Below, one piece after another: positions 1 through 12,164 of a DNA stretch of 64,000 nucleotides. The notes beneath the pieces were generated by a model that saw only the letters and a list, made by a program, of their open reading frames with translations, was not told the DNA's origin and made no database searches. The stretch covers positions 11,904,001 through 11,968,000 of the forward strand of contig OY740808.1 in assembly GCA_963514005.1 (NCBI GenBank), read 5' to 3'. The position numbers and the translations under genes were made by a program. The number at the start of each line of letters is the position of its first letter. Position 1 is the first letter of the stretch. Source of the DNA: Raja brachyura (Eukaryota).

Positions 1-200
1 CATCGAGATGTTCCAGGGACAAGTGTAGGGCCAGAGAGATGGCATCAGCAGTGGACCTGTTGTGGTAGTAGGTGAACTGCTGTAGATGAAGGCTGCTTGG
101 TAGGCTGAATCTGACTGCTCTTGAAGCAATTCGTAATGGTGGATGTCAAGACATCTGGACGATAGTAATTGAGGCATGAGATCTCCATTTTCTTTGGCAT
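1..200 (-). mobile_element. Rex1/Babar-type LINE RT fragment
   Basis: Minus-strand PKKxEISCLNYYRPDVLTSTI...NRSTADAISLALH, a degenerate form of the Rex1-type RT N-terminal motifs. A longer copy lies at 14640-15040. Confidence 0.7.
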
Positions 201-207
201 CGATGAT

Positions 208-3200
208 CTACATTGATATCCTACACCCAGTTGCACGGTCGATATCCATGCTTTGTCCCCATTTTCCATTCCCCCGCGAGGCTTCGTTTGCTTTTGATGG
301 GCGACGGGTAGTTTGGAAATACTGGTCAGCGTTTCGTGTGTCACCAACCTCAACCTCCATACGAGCTTGGATATTTGGCCCAGCAAGCTCCTGCCTGCAC
401 ATCTCCGCGGCGCCACGTGGTTTATTTACACTTAGAAATGACAAGGAACAATAATCTTGCTCATAATCCTTCCCCACGAACCCGTATTCGCCAACGACAT
501 CTCTTCCCTACTCTAGAACCATTGGTGCTGGCCAGTGGCAGATCCGTCGATGGTTCTTTCCTGGGATCCTGAAACTTATGCCGTTGTTCAATGGCTTTAA
601 TGTTCACATTAATGATAGGCTCTTCTGCGTTCCGGTTGTATTTGGTGAGATTATGTTGGTTCTGGTATGGTGGAATTACAATGCAGTTTGTGGAAGTAGG
701 TTGGTCAGACCAGGCATGAAGGACAATTTACATGTTAAAATTGTTCCACTTCCAATGTTGTCAGATGGTGTAACCTGAACCCAATTAATTCCAATGGTGT
801 AACCTGAATCCAACAATCCACATTTTTAAATGTCCTTTACAATAAATAAATTTGAAATATATGTATAAAACTGCAATAGTTTCAGAAGGAAATTTCACTT
901 CCCAATAGAAAAAAGAGCTGTGGTCTAAAATGTGGTCACAGAGATGCTTTTGAGGTCAGCTACAAGGAGGAGTACAAAGTAGTGAGATGAAGATATGTTG
1001 GGGTGAAATTTCAGAGATTTGGGATTTGCCAGGTGAAGACTGATGCCAATAATAAAAATAGTTAAAGCCAGGGATGCTTTTAGGTCCATAATTTGAGCCC
1101 TTCTGCTCTTTCCAGTTGATATATTATTTGTGTCTGATGAGCTATTTATTTCAGATTTTCCTCCTATTGAGGTCGTTAGTCTGGTGAAATGAATAATGGG
1201 GTTTCAATGAAATTAGGCAAGAATCAAATTATATAACTACATCTTTTAAAGGTGCTTCGACTGCGAGCTACTGTGATATATATTCAATTGCATTACTGTA
1301 TTTCAGTAAATTTCACCAGTTGTTATATCCATCATACATAACAACCTGGGAGCTCTCGTGAAAATTCCCATTTGTTCTGCAATTTGGTTGTCTTCCGGAA
1401 GAAAACCCAGAGGGAAATATCTCTCATTCCCGGTTAGACTTAATCTCACAGAAGAAATGATAGTACAAGTCTTACATAATATTACGTAAATAAATGATTG
1501 GAAAGTTTATGAAATTGCATTCATTTGAATGCAGATCATTCGGAAATAGCAATATAATTGGGAACAATTCCTATGCTTATATGATCACAAGTGGATGGAT
1601 CGCAGTTCACAACCGCTGGTTCTTGATTCTGCTGCTCTGGGTAAAAGAGTAGAGGACGTAGCTTTAAGGTAGCTTTATGATTTAATAGGAACCCGAAGGG
1701 CAACATTTTCGCACAGAGGTTGGTGAGTATATGGAACGAGATTGCCACAATCCAAAATAGTGACATCATCTGCAGCACCTTTGGAATATTTACATTTCTT
1801 GTCATTTATGGGGAGGCAAATGCAAACAGTAGATGGCAGCATTGCATCGGTTATGAAATAATGTTAATTTATTGCTGAGATAGGACAAATGGTGAATTAT
1901 CACTGTAGCAATATTACGATAATGTGCATGCCCATAAACCCATCTAATGCCTACTCATTTGGCGATTGTGGGTGTGGATGCGAATATACTAAGTGAGGAG
2001 AGGCTTTAACTTTTGACACATGACAGTAAAAGAGACGGAGGCAATAAAGTTACTGAATGCTCAATTGCACTTGAAGAAACAAACACAAAATATTTTTCCT
2101 CGTAAGTGCGATTCATAGTGACATAGTCTTAAAAAAAGAGTTCGGACAAAAAACATACAAGCAGCTCGCAATGGGTAAAGGCGGTAATAAAAATCGACCG
2201 CGTGGGCAGAAGATACTGATGCTGTCTCCGATTATAACGGTAGATGGCGGTGCCGTACCTTAATTCTGTGCTGAAGCTCAACACGCCTATTCTGAAATGG
2301 GTCAACCGCAATATTGTGTCTGAGCTTACGTATAGGCCAGACCAGCGATAATTTGATTATTTTCCCATTGAAGGATATATTTGGGATCCAGTTGTTTTGC
2401 AATAATCAATCTTACACCGTGATGTTTCTTTTGAAATATTCTAGACATTTAACAGAATTTAGATTCCACACTATCTTTGTTGAAATAGGTCTGGATATAT
2501 GGTCAAGGCCTCTTCGTTCGTAGTGATGTCCGTTTGAACCCATTGCTTATTTGGACTTCCTTCACCTTTGCATGGAGCGATTTGGCGGAATCTTTCACTG
2601 CATAAAAATATTCTCCGTTCACAGTTTTCTGATTCTATTACGGTCTAACCAGCTTGACGGCTAACCTCTCAGCTTACTCAATACTATGTTCTTTGTAAAC
2701 CAACATACATCACAGGTTTTGCTCACTACTCTCGCGATATGTATTTCCACCTTGCGGGACGTGTGGTAATGAACCTGAATCCCCTCTGTTCCTGCGCACT
2801 ATGAACCACATTGACCCCCTCCCCTCCCCTCCATACTTACGAGGCAATATTTCCGAGCCCATACTTCACTGTGAGAGATTTCATCCGTCATTCATCTGCT
2901 CATTCTCCTGTCATATTTAAATTTGAATTGCACGCTGAGTACTCCTCTCACTCTCCTGCATGTCAGCCGCTATTCTATCACGATTGTCGATGTGAATATA
3001 TTGCTGTCGGTACAGAATTCAACTAGGTATTGGGATAGAGGAGAATGAAATAATTGGCCAAAATTTTCGTGCATACTGAATGTGAATAATAAGCATGTTA
3101 CCTTAGATATCTCCGGGAGCACCTTTAATTTTTATTCGACAAACATGAAGACAGTTGCAAACAGGATTTTGTACATTTGATTGGGCTTGCTTTACCATGA

Positions 3201-5864
3201 CTTGCCCAAAATCGAAGCTCTGGACAACGCAGAGTGGTTGCTTTGAATGTATTGGTGCCATTCTCCATTACACAGTTTATTGTATTGAAGGAGCTGTTTG
3301 GCAAATTCTGAGTAATTGTGGGTGTGGGGTCACATACATTTTAGACTTTTCCTTCTTAAAGTATCTGAAATTACTTTTAATTACAACCCAATTACGTCAT
3401 GCTCGCGTTACTAATTCCAGCTTTTAATTTCAGATTTACTTTAACTCTGATATCAGCGCCAAATCACAGACATATTGAATTCAGTTATCTCCAATTGAGC
3501 TGAATATCAAAAAGACTACAGGTAAGATGCGTGATTCATTTATTCAAAGAATATCAATGTTTGTTTTGCCTGTCTTATTATGTGTCACGATTGGACAATA
3601 ATGATGGTCCACAATTGGTCAGGGGAGAATAACACGAAATATACATGAATATCTTTCCCCACTTCCATTAGTGACATTACTTCAGTCCTTCATGAGCTGC
3701 ATTTGCCATCTACATCCTCCATTCAGATGTCCGCACTCACCAAGCTTATTTCTTTAGATCTGCACAGCCAGCTGACACCTGCTTTCTGCAAGGAGACCTT
3801 GAACGCGGGCCCGGACTGGGGTGAGTAGGTCTGACAGAGCCGCGCCAACAGACTTGCCCTTGATGCAGGCAGGATACATCCATTCCCAGGTTTCCATGTC
3901 CTCTGGAGGTGCTGCACGATTCGCTGAATTTCTCCTGCACATTATGCGTTTTTTTTTCAATCAGCACCTGAGGTTCTCAGTACCCCCCAGGTTTTCCATC
4001 TATAAATTTACCAAGGTGTTTGGTTCTGAATATCAATGAACGCCATAAAGATTTAAAAACGACGGCATGACATAAATAACTGAACGCTATTCTCTTAAAA
4101 GAAACAAACAGAAAATCATATTACAACTCATTTTACACTGATAACTCTTGCTTGCAGAAACATCGCAGGCACGTGGACTGAGGCAGAAAAAAACACAGGA
4201 CGAAATTATACATCAATTATACATATAAATCTGAAACAAACAAACAAGATTGCGTCCAAAAACACAACAATAAAATAACATGTCGATAGTGTGCAAGAAA
4301 TGGGGCATAGTGTCCCGTTGTCGAGGCAACATTAAGGGTATGTAGGTCCTTCCAAAAACTGGATAGTTGTAGGCAAGTAGCTGTTCTGGAACCGGGCGGT
4401 GTACTTTCTGCAGTAGATCTGTCAAAGTTTGTTGGAGTATTTGGAGACATAAAGTATTTCTTTAAAATTATTTGCACGTAGAAGCATTGGCGCTCATTCG
4501 TGGATGCATTTGTTTCCTGGGCCCGGGACAAGTCATCCACGATGTTAATGACGAGCATTTAAAGCTGATAACTCTCTCTACCACTGCTACACCAAAAACA
4601 AACTGGCCCGAGGTCCCCGGACTTCCTCTTTCTGAAGTCAGCGACCACTTCAGTCTTGTTGCTTTGGAGAGAACGGTGGTTGTTCTGACACCACTCAACC
4701 AAGTGTTCCGTCTCTCTTCTCTATGCTGACGCAGCACCATCAGTGATTCATGCAAACAGAATGGTGTTGGGGGTGGATCAATAGATGACTTTGGAGCCGT
4801 GCTTAATGCCATGGGTGTAAAGGAAGTAGAACAGGGTGCAAAGCGCGCAGCCTTGAGATGCACCGTGTTGATGGTCAATGGGGAGGAGATGATGTTCCCC
4901 ATCCGCACCGGGTCACTTGAAGCTAATTCACCAAACAATAAAATGGTGACTAATCTGATGTTAACCTCTGACCTGCAGTCCCATCCACCTCTGGTAAAAT
5001 ATCACTACCCCACCTTGTTTATTTTGAATATTTCTACATTTGGAAAAAAATAAAGATTGCTTCTACCACATTTTCAGTAACGTAATTGATGAGGCGTTCT
5101 CTTTTCTGAGAGATGTGTTTTGTTTCTTCACCTTTTCTAGAAGGCATTTATTTTTGTGCAACCGGTGATGTTTAGTTTTAGATTACCCCAGACGAATTGT
5201 CCTCTCCCTTCACATGCTGTTAAGACCCCGCATAATCACCCGTGCTTCAATTAAAGCACCCTTCACGCTTCTAACCGTCGAGCAATTCCTCATAAAACAA
5301 CTCACTCGTTGCCGATATGGGTCTACTAATCATTTTCTTAATTGCTTCAAATGCATTTACATTTCAATACTCTGCTCGATTCTGCGATAAAGTATAACTG
5401 AAACACTAAGACCCTCTCTCTTTTGTATTCGGTTTTTCTGGCGTTAGATGCTAACACTGTTACCTTTCCTTGGCAGTTGTTGTACCTCTTTCCAGCCTAT
5501 AGCGAATCCTCACAAGCAAACCAAAATAATTCTGCATCTCAAAACACTGCAAACTGTTATAATGTAAATATGAAGGGCCTCGACCCAAAACGTTAACCAT
5601 TCCTTCTCTGCAGAGACGCTGCCTGTCCCGCTGCGTTACTCCAGCCTTTTGTACATATATTAGAAAGAACATTCTTTTATATCACTTACCCTGCCAAAAT
5701 TGACATTTCACATGTTTCCACATCCTGCATTTAACAGGCCTTTGCCCATTCACTGGAACTATCCACATAGACGGTGGCCTTCTTTCGTTTTTCATGTCAT
5801 TAACAAATGCAACGCCCAACATTTTTTTCCTAGCATTTTTGTAAATTGGGGCTCCAGCACTGAT
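208..5864 (-). pseudogene. Putative decayed multi-exon class II cytokine receptor-like relic (second copy about 15111-20625)
   Basis: Exon-like blocks at about 5864-5712, 3935-3741, 3307-3102, 3022-2860, 1636-1487 and 774-208, most with AG/GT ends. Their frameshifted translations follow FN3-FN3-TM-tail order. Manual inference. Confidence 0.3.
4130..4915 (-). mobile_element. Rex1/Babar LINE 3' fragment (copy at about 18990-19760)
   Basis: Degenerate RT C-terminal motifs (VERVISFK..., KKYFMSPNTPTNFDRSTAES) followed by a TG/T-rich 3' UTR. Confidence 0.65.
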
Positions 5865-5924
5865 CTATGAAGCACTTCAGTTTTTATATAATTCCAACAA
5901 TAATTTTGCCTGTTTATGCGTGCT

Positions 5925-7230
5925 CTTAGAAATTAGGTGCAGGAGTAGGATATTCGGCCCTTCGAGCAGCACCGCCATTCTATATGATCGCGGCTGATCA
6001 TCCAAAATCAGTACCCCGTTCCTGCTTTCTCCCACATCCCTTGATTCCATCAGCCCTAAAAGCTATATCTAACTCTCTCTTGAATACACCCTCCAGTGGA
6101 TTTGGCCTCCACTGCCTTCTGTGGCAGAGAATTCCACAGATTCACAACTCCCTGCGTAAAAAAAATGTTTCCACATCTCTGTCCTAAATGGCCTACCCAT
6201 TTTTTTAAACTGGAACCCCTGGCTCCGGATTCCCCCAAATCGGGAACATTTTATCTGCATCTAGCGTATCCAATCCCTTAAGAATGTTATATGTTTCTAT
6301 AAGATACCCTCTCATGCTTCAAAATTCCACTGTATATAAGCCCACTCGATCATATATCAGTTCCACCATCCAGGGGATTAATCTGGTGAACCTACGTTGC
6401 ACCCCCTCAAAAGCAAGAATGCCCTTCCTCAAATTTGGGGACCAAAACTGCACATAATACTCCAGGTGTGGTCTCACTACGGCCCTGTACAAATGCAGTA
6501 GGATCACCTTGCTCCTTTACTCAAACCCTCTCGCTATGAAGGCCAACGTGTCATTCCGTTATCTTCACGGAGAAAGTGAGGACAGACTTTACGATGGCAA
6601 TATAGAATTGGACCACCATTGCCTTGGCAGAATGTGTTTCCTCAGCTGCCGCAGGACGTACATCATCTGTTGGGCCTTCTTGACTGTGGAGTCGTTGGTG
6701 GTCCCCCATTTAAGGTCCTGGGAGATGATGGTTCCAAGGAACTTAAAGGACTTAATGGTGAGAAGGGAGGGGGAGCTCTCCTAAAGTCTACTATCAATTC
6801 CACAGTCTTAAGTGCATTGAACTCCAGATTGCTGCGAAGGCACCAGGACGCCAGCTGTGTCACTTCCTGTCTGTAGGTAGATTCCTCCCCATCCTGGATC
6901 AGTCCAATCAGGGTTGTGTCCCTAGGATCCCTTGGATCACCCCGGTAAACCTTCTCTGGACCCTCTCCAACACCCAGCTCATTCTTCCTCAGATTGGAGC
7001 CCAAAACTGTTCACAACACTCCAAATGCGGTCTGACCAGTGCCTTACAAAGACTCAGCATTACATCCCTGTTTTTGTATTTTGTTTTTTTTTGTGTTCTG
7101 GCCCTCTCGAAAGAAATGCTAGCATTGCATTCGCCTTCCTGACTACCGACTTATAAATAAGCTTTTGAGGACTCCTGCACAAGCACTCCCAAGCCCCTTT
7201 GCACGTTTCATTTCTGAATTTTCTCTCTTT
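5925..7230 (-). mobile_element. CR1 LINE fragments with a nested Rex1 fragment (6560-6920); paralog about 20740-22500
   Basis: [20 protein letters not shown] and LYRAVVRPHLEYYVQFWSP (CR1 ORF2 C-terminus). The nested piece reads DTTLIGLIQDGEESTYRQEV...LIVDFRR (Rex1 RT). Confidence 0.8.
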
Positions 7231-8692
7231 CTCAACAACATTTTGACTTTTGCGAGATGACCTTTTTGATCATTTTTTCAGTACCCTTTATAACGTTTAG
7301 TAACAGCTTGCAATATTTCTGTCGCTCTTCCTTTCTGTATGAAAATGATCACCAAGGAACTTCCATGGTAGTTTTGAAATAAAAACTCAAACCAATGAAT
7401 TCAGCGCTGCAATGGGATGAATTAAGATTCTAGAATGGAATACAATTCATCTTAAGAACCTAAAGGCCCATGGCTCGATAAACTTCCTAATGATTGCCAC
7501 TTGTGTGAGTTTGGTCCCTGCTTCAACTACCATGTCTGCAGCCGTTTCTGGGATGTTGTCCGTGTTCTGTAGTGCAGATCGATGAAAAATTACAGTTTAC
7601 ATTATCTGTCATCTCGATATTCCCCTTTAATTTTACCCCAGATCTACTTTGTCCACTCTGTAGGTTCTAATAAAAATGACAGAAATACTTATTATCATGC
7701 ATTTACACTTCTAGCTGCCGTCCAACCATACTTTAATATTTTCGTAGTCATTCAGCTCTTCGTCATATTTGTTTACAATTCGCTGTTCAATTTTCTGATT
7801 TCCATTCAACTTTGCTCATAGAAAATGTTTTTGCTCTTAGTTTACTGCTGTCTGTAACATGTTTAGATAATCGTGGATGTGTCATGCACTTGGATTTTAT
7901 TTCTTGTGGCACGTGTGTATGATCTGTCTTTTGAATGCTCACATTGAAAGCTCACATTGAAATCTGGAATTTCCAAAATTTTAATTGAATTTGCTAGTGG
8001 GCTTCAAGTTCAAGTTCACATTTAGTGTCACACGCAACAATTAAGATACAGTGATATTTGAGTAAATGTGCAGCCCTACAAGGCTAAAAGAATACAATAC
8101 ATTCAGCTGGCTCCGTTCCATGGCATGCATTTACCCCTCTACAGCATTCCCTCACTCCCTCACACTTCTACTTTAATTAATGATGTATTGTTCTTCACAT
8201 GCCCTTCAATTCGACCGTCTGAAGCGTCAACATCTTCTCGTTCTCTCGCACTGCGATGAAGACCTATTAATAGACTTTCTTGTGCCGTTTAATTTGACCA
8301 TCAAAGTGGACACTTTAAATGCAATGAAGGGGCTTAGTGGAATAGTGCCTTGCGATATTACACGACTGCGACTTATTTGTAGGAAAAGGGCAAATGTTTT
8401 ATTTTATAATTATTTGGGAGCTTAAGGGGATTAGTGGAAAATCTGTACAGTCCCATCATTCGACGCAGCTGACACCTTTTACTCAGAGGGCAGAGTAAAT
8501 AAGAGCCTGCTCTCACACAACAGTTCCCGTCTGTGTCTCAGAGCTTCTCTCTCCCTGCCCTCGCCGCCGCTGAGTTCACCGTTGGCTGCTGTTCTTCTCA
8601 TGTTAAAACAACATGAAAATGTCTTTCTCCCAAAGGACTGGAGCTGCAGAAATATCATTTTACACCGAGCCAATAATTCAGTGAATCGATGT

Positions 8693-8758
8693 CACGTGGA
8701 TAAAGATTTGCATGAATAAATAATAATTAGTGACGTTGGGATGCTGAAGACTTTAAAA
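8693..8758 (+). promoter_or_regulatory. Ig light-chain promoter, cluster 1 (E-box, octamer, CRE-like site, TATA-like)
   Basis: CACGTG 8693-8698, ATTTGCAT 8706-8713, TGACGT 8731-8736 and TTTAAAA 8752-8758, about 65-130 nt upstream of the leader ATG. The same E-box/octamer/TGACGT order occurs in all three clusters. Confidence 0.88.
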
Positions 8759-8822
8759 GAGAAACTTCGAAAGGGCTCAAAACCGCGCTTGTGCAGCAAA
8801 ATATTCCTTTATCACCTTCGAC

Positions 8823-8868
8823 ATGGCTGAATGGGTTTGGGTTCTCGCCTTGGTGACCTGTTTCCACT
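8823..8868 (+). CDS. IGLV: Ig lambda-type light chain leader exon, cluster 1 (MAEWVWVLALVTCFH)
   Basis: ATG at 8823, hydrophobic signal peptide, phase-1 donor GTGAGT at 8869. It splices in frame to the AG at 8961-8962. Confidence 0.9.
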
Positions 8869-8962
8869 GTGAGTAGAGCGCAGAATGATTAATGCTTTAT
8901 CGTTTTATATTCTGCTGTGTTTTTTCTAATGGTTTTATATATTGATCTGTTTTTTCTATCAG

Positions 8963-9310
8963 CTATAGACGCGGAGACTACCTTGACTCAGGACCCGTCT
9001 ATATCAACCTCGCCGGGAACAACCGTCAAAATCACCTGTACACTGTCAGGGGGCCGTATCGGTAGCTGGTACACGAGCTGGTACTGGCAGAAGCCGGACA
9101 GCGCTCCTGTCTTCGTCTGGTATGAAGGCTCCACCAGAGGCACCGGAATTCCAGACCGATTCACGGGTTCCGTGGAGTCATCCACGAACCAAATGCATTT
9201 AACCATCACCAACGTGCAATCGGAGGACGCTGCCGATTATTACTGTGGTGTGTGGGACAACACTAATGACGAATTCACCTTTGGGAGAGGAACCAAACTG
9301 AATCTAAGCA
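8963..9310 (+). CDS. IGLV: Germline-joined VJ exon, Ig lambda (type II/NS3-like), cluster 1
   Basis: SIDAETTLTQDPSISTSPGTTVKITC...WYWQKPDSAPVFVW...GIPDRFTGSV...EDAADYYC-GVWDNTNDEFT-FGRGTKLNLS. Canonical V-domain Cys/Trp/Cys is continuous with an FGxG J, with no RSS between them. Donor GTAAGT at 9311. From recall, it closely resembles shark lambda-type light chains. Confidence 0.95.
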
Positions 9311-11655
9311 GTAAGTAAAGTATTCACGTTTTGAAACTTCGAATCGTTGAACTTAACTTTTGCTTTCCAACATAAATCCTCGGTAGAAAGATCCTATAAA
9401 CCTAAGTAGACACAACGGGGCAGCCAGCATCTCCGGTAGACGTATGGATGGGCACTATTTCATGTCGGGAGACTTTCCCGAGCGGAAATATGGTCTTTCT
9501 ATGTCCTCCAGTGATGCTGTCTGATCCGCTGGATTACTTCAGCTCCTTGTGCTGTACTCAAGATGGCAACTTGTTTCTCCTACGTGAACTTGGTGTTTAT
9601 GATCCTTTACCTCCATCCCTACAACACTCCGAGAAATCTGCGCTCACCCAACCGTGGCTTCTTGATCATCGTGGAATTTAACGCCTTCACATACTGACTG
9701 CTGTGCATCAAAGTTGTTTAATTCTGGAATGATCTCCCGAAGCTCTAGTTTCCCCATTGTTCCCTGATGTTCGTGAAAACTGCTCGTTCAGCCGAAATGC
9801 TGATTTGAAGCATCCTCAAGCGGCGGGTTTCATTCGAGACTGCTGCTATTGATCACTTTGCTTCACTGTAAGGGTAATGAAAACGAAAACTGTTGCCGTT
9901 ACTTGAAAAAATGTTCGGGAAATCATGAGATTTTATTAGTTTACGGTATATTCTAGACACGGAGAATACTACTCTGAGAGTGGGCCAAATAGGATAATTG
10001 GAAGCATCCAAAAGAAAGTTAATAAACATTTGCAAGGGATGTTGGTGAATTTAAATGGGATATTTTTGAAATTGCAAATACCCATTAGGGCAAGTTGCGC
10101 GAAGTTGATTTCTCATCGTTTTAATGATACCATCAGGGTCAAGTGGCGTTTCGACAGGTTTACATGCGCTCCCTACAACAGCGCTAAAACTAATTGCCAG
10201 GGTAAAGGTAAAAAACAAATAATTAAACGCTTCGCACGGAACCATTTCAATTCTCTCTGCGCGAAAGTGTGGAGGATTGTTGCAAGTCAGATTCAGCTCC
10301 GAAATTAGAAACAAGAGCAGAATCGTATTCGGGTTCATTTCTCGTTCAGCTCGCCATTGCCACCTTAGCTGATCACATTTGTGTGGATATGCCGTTAGGC
10401 TCTTTGTACCCACCTTGTAGAACCTGCAAGTGATTTTGATGCAGGTTCTCCGATTGCCATTGAGTGCATGATATAGCAGACAACGCAGACTGTTCACTAT
10501 GCTGTCAAACATGATCCCTCTGATTGTTGATTTTTTTTACGGGCAGGACCGACATGTCAAAAAGCTTAAAAGAGCGAGAATCATTTTGCCATTTTCGGAT
10601 AAATTAGTGCGGAAATGGGCACACAAGTATACGAGGTTGTTGCTGAATTGCCTAGAATCGAAAGATTGGAAGGAAATAGTACAGCGTCTTTAAATTCAGC
10701 ATTAACTTGAAATGTTTTTAAAAGTTCGAATATGTTGGATGTTAAACCCAGAGCTGTCTGGATATGTGTCAGAATGAATTTGAATCTGACCAAACCATTA
10801 GTTTTACCTTTCCTTTTTCTGACCGCCACCATCCTTGAATCATGGACTTTCTGGACGATGTGGAAGATACACTAATAAGTAATATTCTAAAGACAATTCC
10901 GGGAAAGAATTGGGATCACTGTTTAAACAAGCATGAATTTGGAAATGCTGCTCATTCTGCTAGGATGAGTTGTAATTCCATTTTTTTTCTGCCCGTTTCC
11001 ATGATGTGAAGAAAATCGTAGGGTACATGGTTTACCCTACGATGGTACAGTGAAAATTAACTTATCACGATTCTGCTGTATAAAACGAGGTTTATAAATC
11101 AACGGTAATTGTAAAGCCAGTGCAGGACACGGCCATAGAGCCACAGAGTTATGCAGCGGTGGAACAGACCTTAAGTCCACCTATTTCATGCCGACCGAGG
11201 TGCCCTTCTTGCAGGTCCCATTTGCGTGTGCCATTCCCATATCTCTTTGAACCTTTCCTATCCAAGTATTAATTCAAATGTTTTTTAAATGGTGTTATTG
11301 TACCTGCCTCAACAACTTCTCTGGGGAACTGGAGTCAATGCATTATGTGTATAAATGTTGCCCTGAACCTAAGCCCTCTAATTCTTCATTCTCCTACTAT
11401 GCGGAAAAGACTCCGTGCGCTAACCCTATGTATTTCCCTCGCGATTTTGTACACCGCCATGCGATCACCCTAAGGTCTTCTACACTCCAAGAACTAACGT
11501 CCTCGCATATCCAATCGATGCCTACAGTTCAGGCGTTCGAAACCTGGCACCGTCATCGTAAATCTTGTCTGGAGTCATTCCAGCTGAATCGATTCTGACT
11601 TTTAACGACAACTGATCAATAATTCATTTATATTTATTTCAATTCTTATTTCCAG

Positions 11656-11978
11656 GTCCGCGTCCCCCCACCGTTTCCATTCTGGCGCCTTCAACGGGTG
11701 ACGTCACCGCAAAAAGTACCGCCACCCTGGTGTGTTTGGTGAGCGGGTTCAATCCGGGCGTTGTGGACATCGAGTGGACCGTGGACGGCAGTGCGAGAAG
11801 TGATGGCGTTGCGACCAGCCGGGTCCAGCAGGAGAAGGACTACTCGTTCAGTGCGAGCAGTTACCTGACTCTGCCAGCCTCCGACTGGAACTCACACGAC
11901 CTTTACTCCTGTGTGGTTAAACACGAAACCCAGACAACCCCGATTAAGGCCAATATCGCCAGATCCAGTTGCTTGTAA
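11656..11978 (+). CDS. IGLC: Ig light-chain constant exon, cluster 1
   Basis: Polypyrimidine tract and TTCCAG acceptor (AG 11654-11655). (S)PRPPTVSILAPS...ATLVCLVSGFNPG...EWTVDG...SSYLTLPASDWNSHDLYSCVVKHE...ARSSCL*: a C1-set domain with penultimate Cys. Phase matches the J donor. Confidence 0.95.
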
Positions 11979-12158
11979 TTCAAAGGATCAAATTCCAGAT
12001 TTGCTACATTTCTTTGTAAATTAATCCAATATTCAGATATCGAATGTTCGCTTTAACATGGGTGTTTGTTCAAACGCAGCGCATGTGCATTTTGTTGCCT
12101 TGAATGCGCTGTCCGTATTTTACGGTGAAATGAAAAACAATAATGTAACATTTAATGC

Positions 12159-12164
12159 AATAAA
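12159..12164 (+). terminator. Polyadenylation signal, cluster 1
   Basis: AATAAA about 180 nt after the C stop, conserved in cluster 2 (27584-27589). Confidence 0.65.

Noticed and set aside
8833-8871. CACTGTG heptamer at the leader splice donor with a 6/9 nonamer-like GGGTTTGGG 23 nt upstream (also in cluster 2)
   Set aside because: Explained by His codon plus GTGAGT donor constraints. It is absent in cluster 3 and in the wrong place for V-J joining.
8917-9318. ORF-track N-termini (MFFLMVLYIDLFFLS..., also 24132, 27048, 49120) as real starts or signal peptides
   Set aside because: They are translated intron polypyrimidine tracts, several from non-ATG starts. The true leaders are separate upstream exons.
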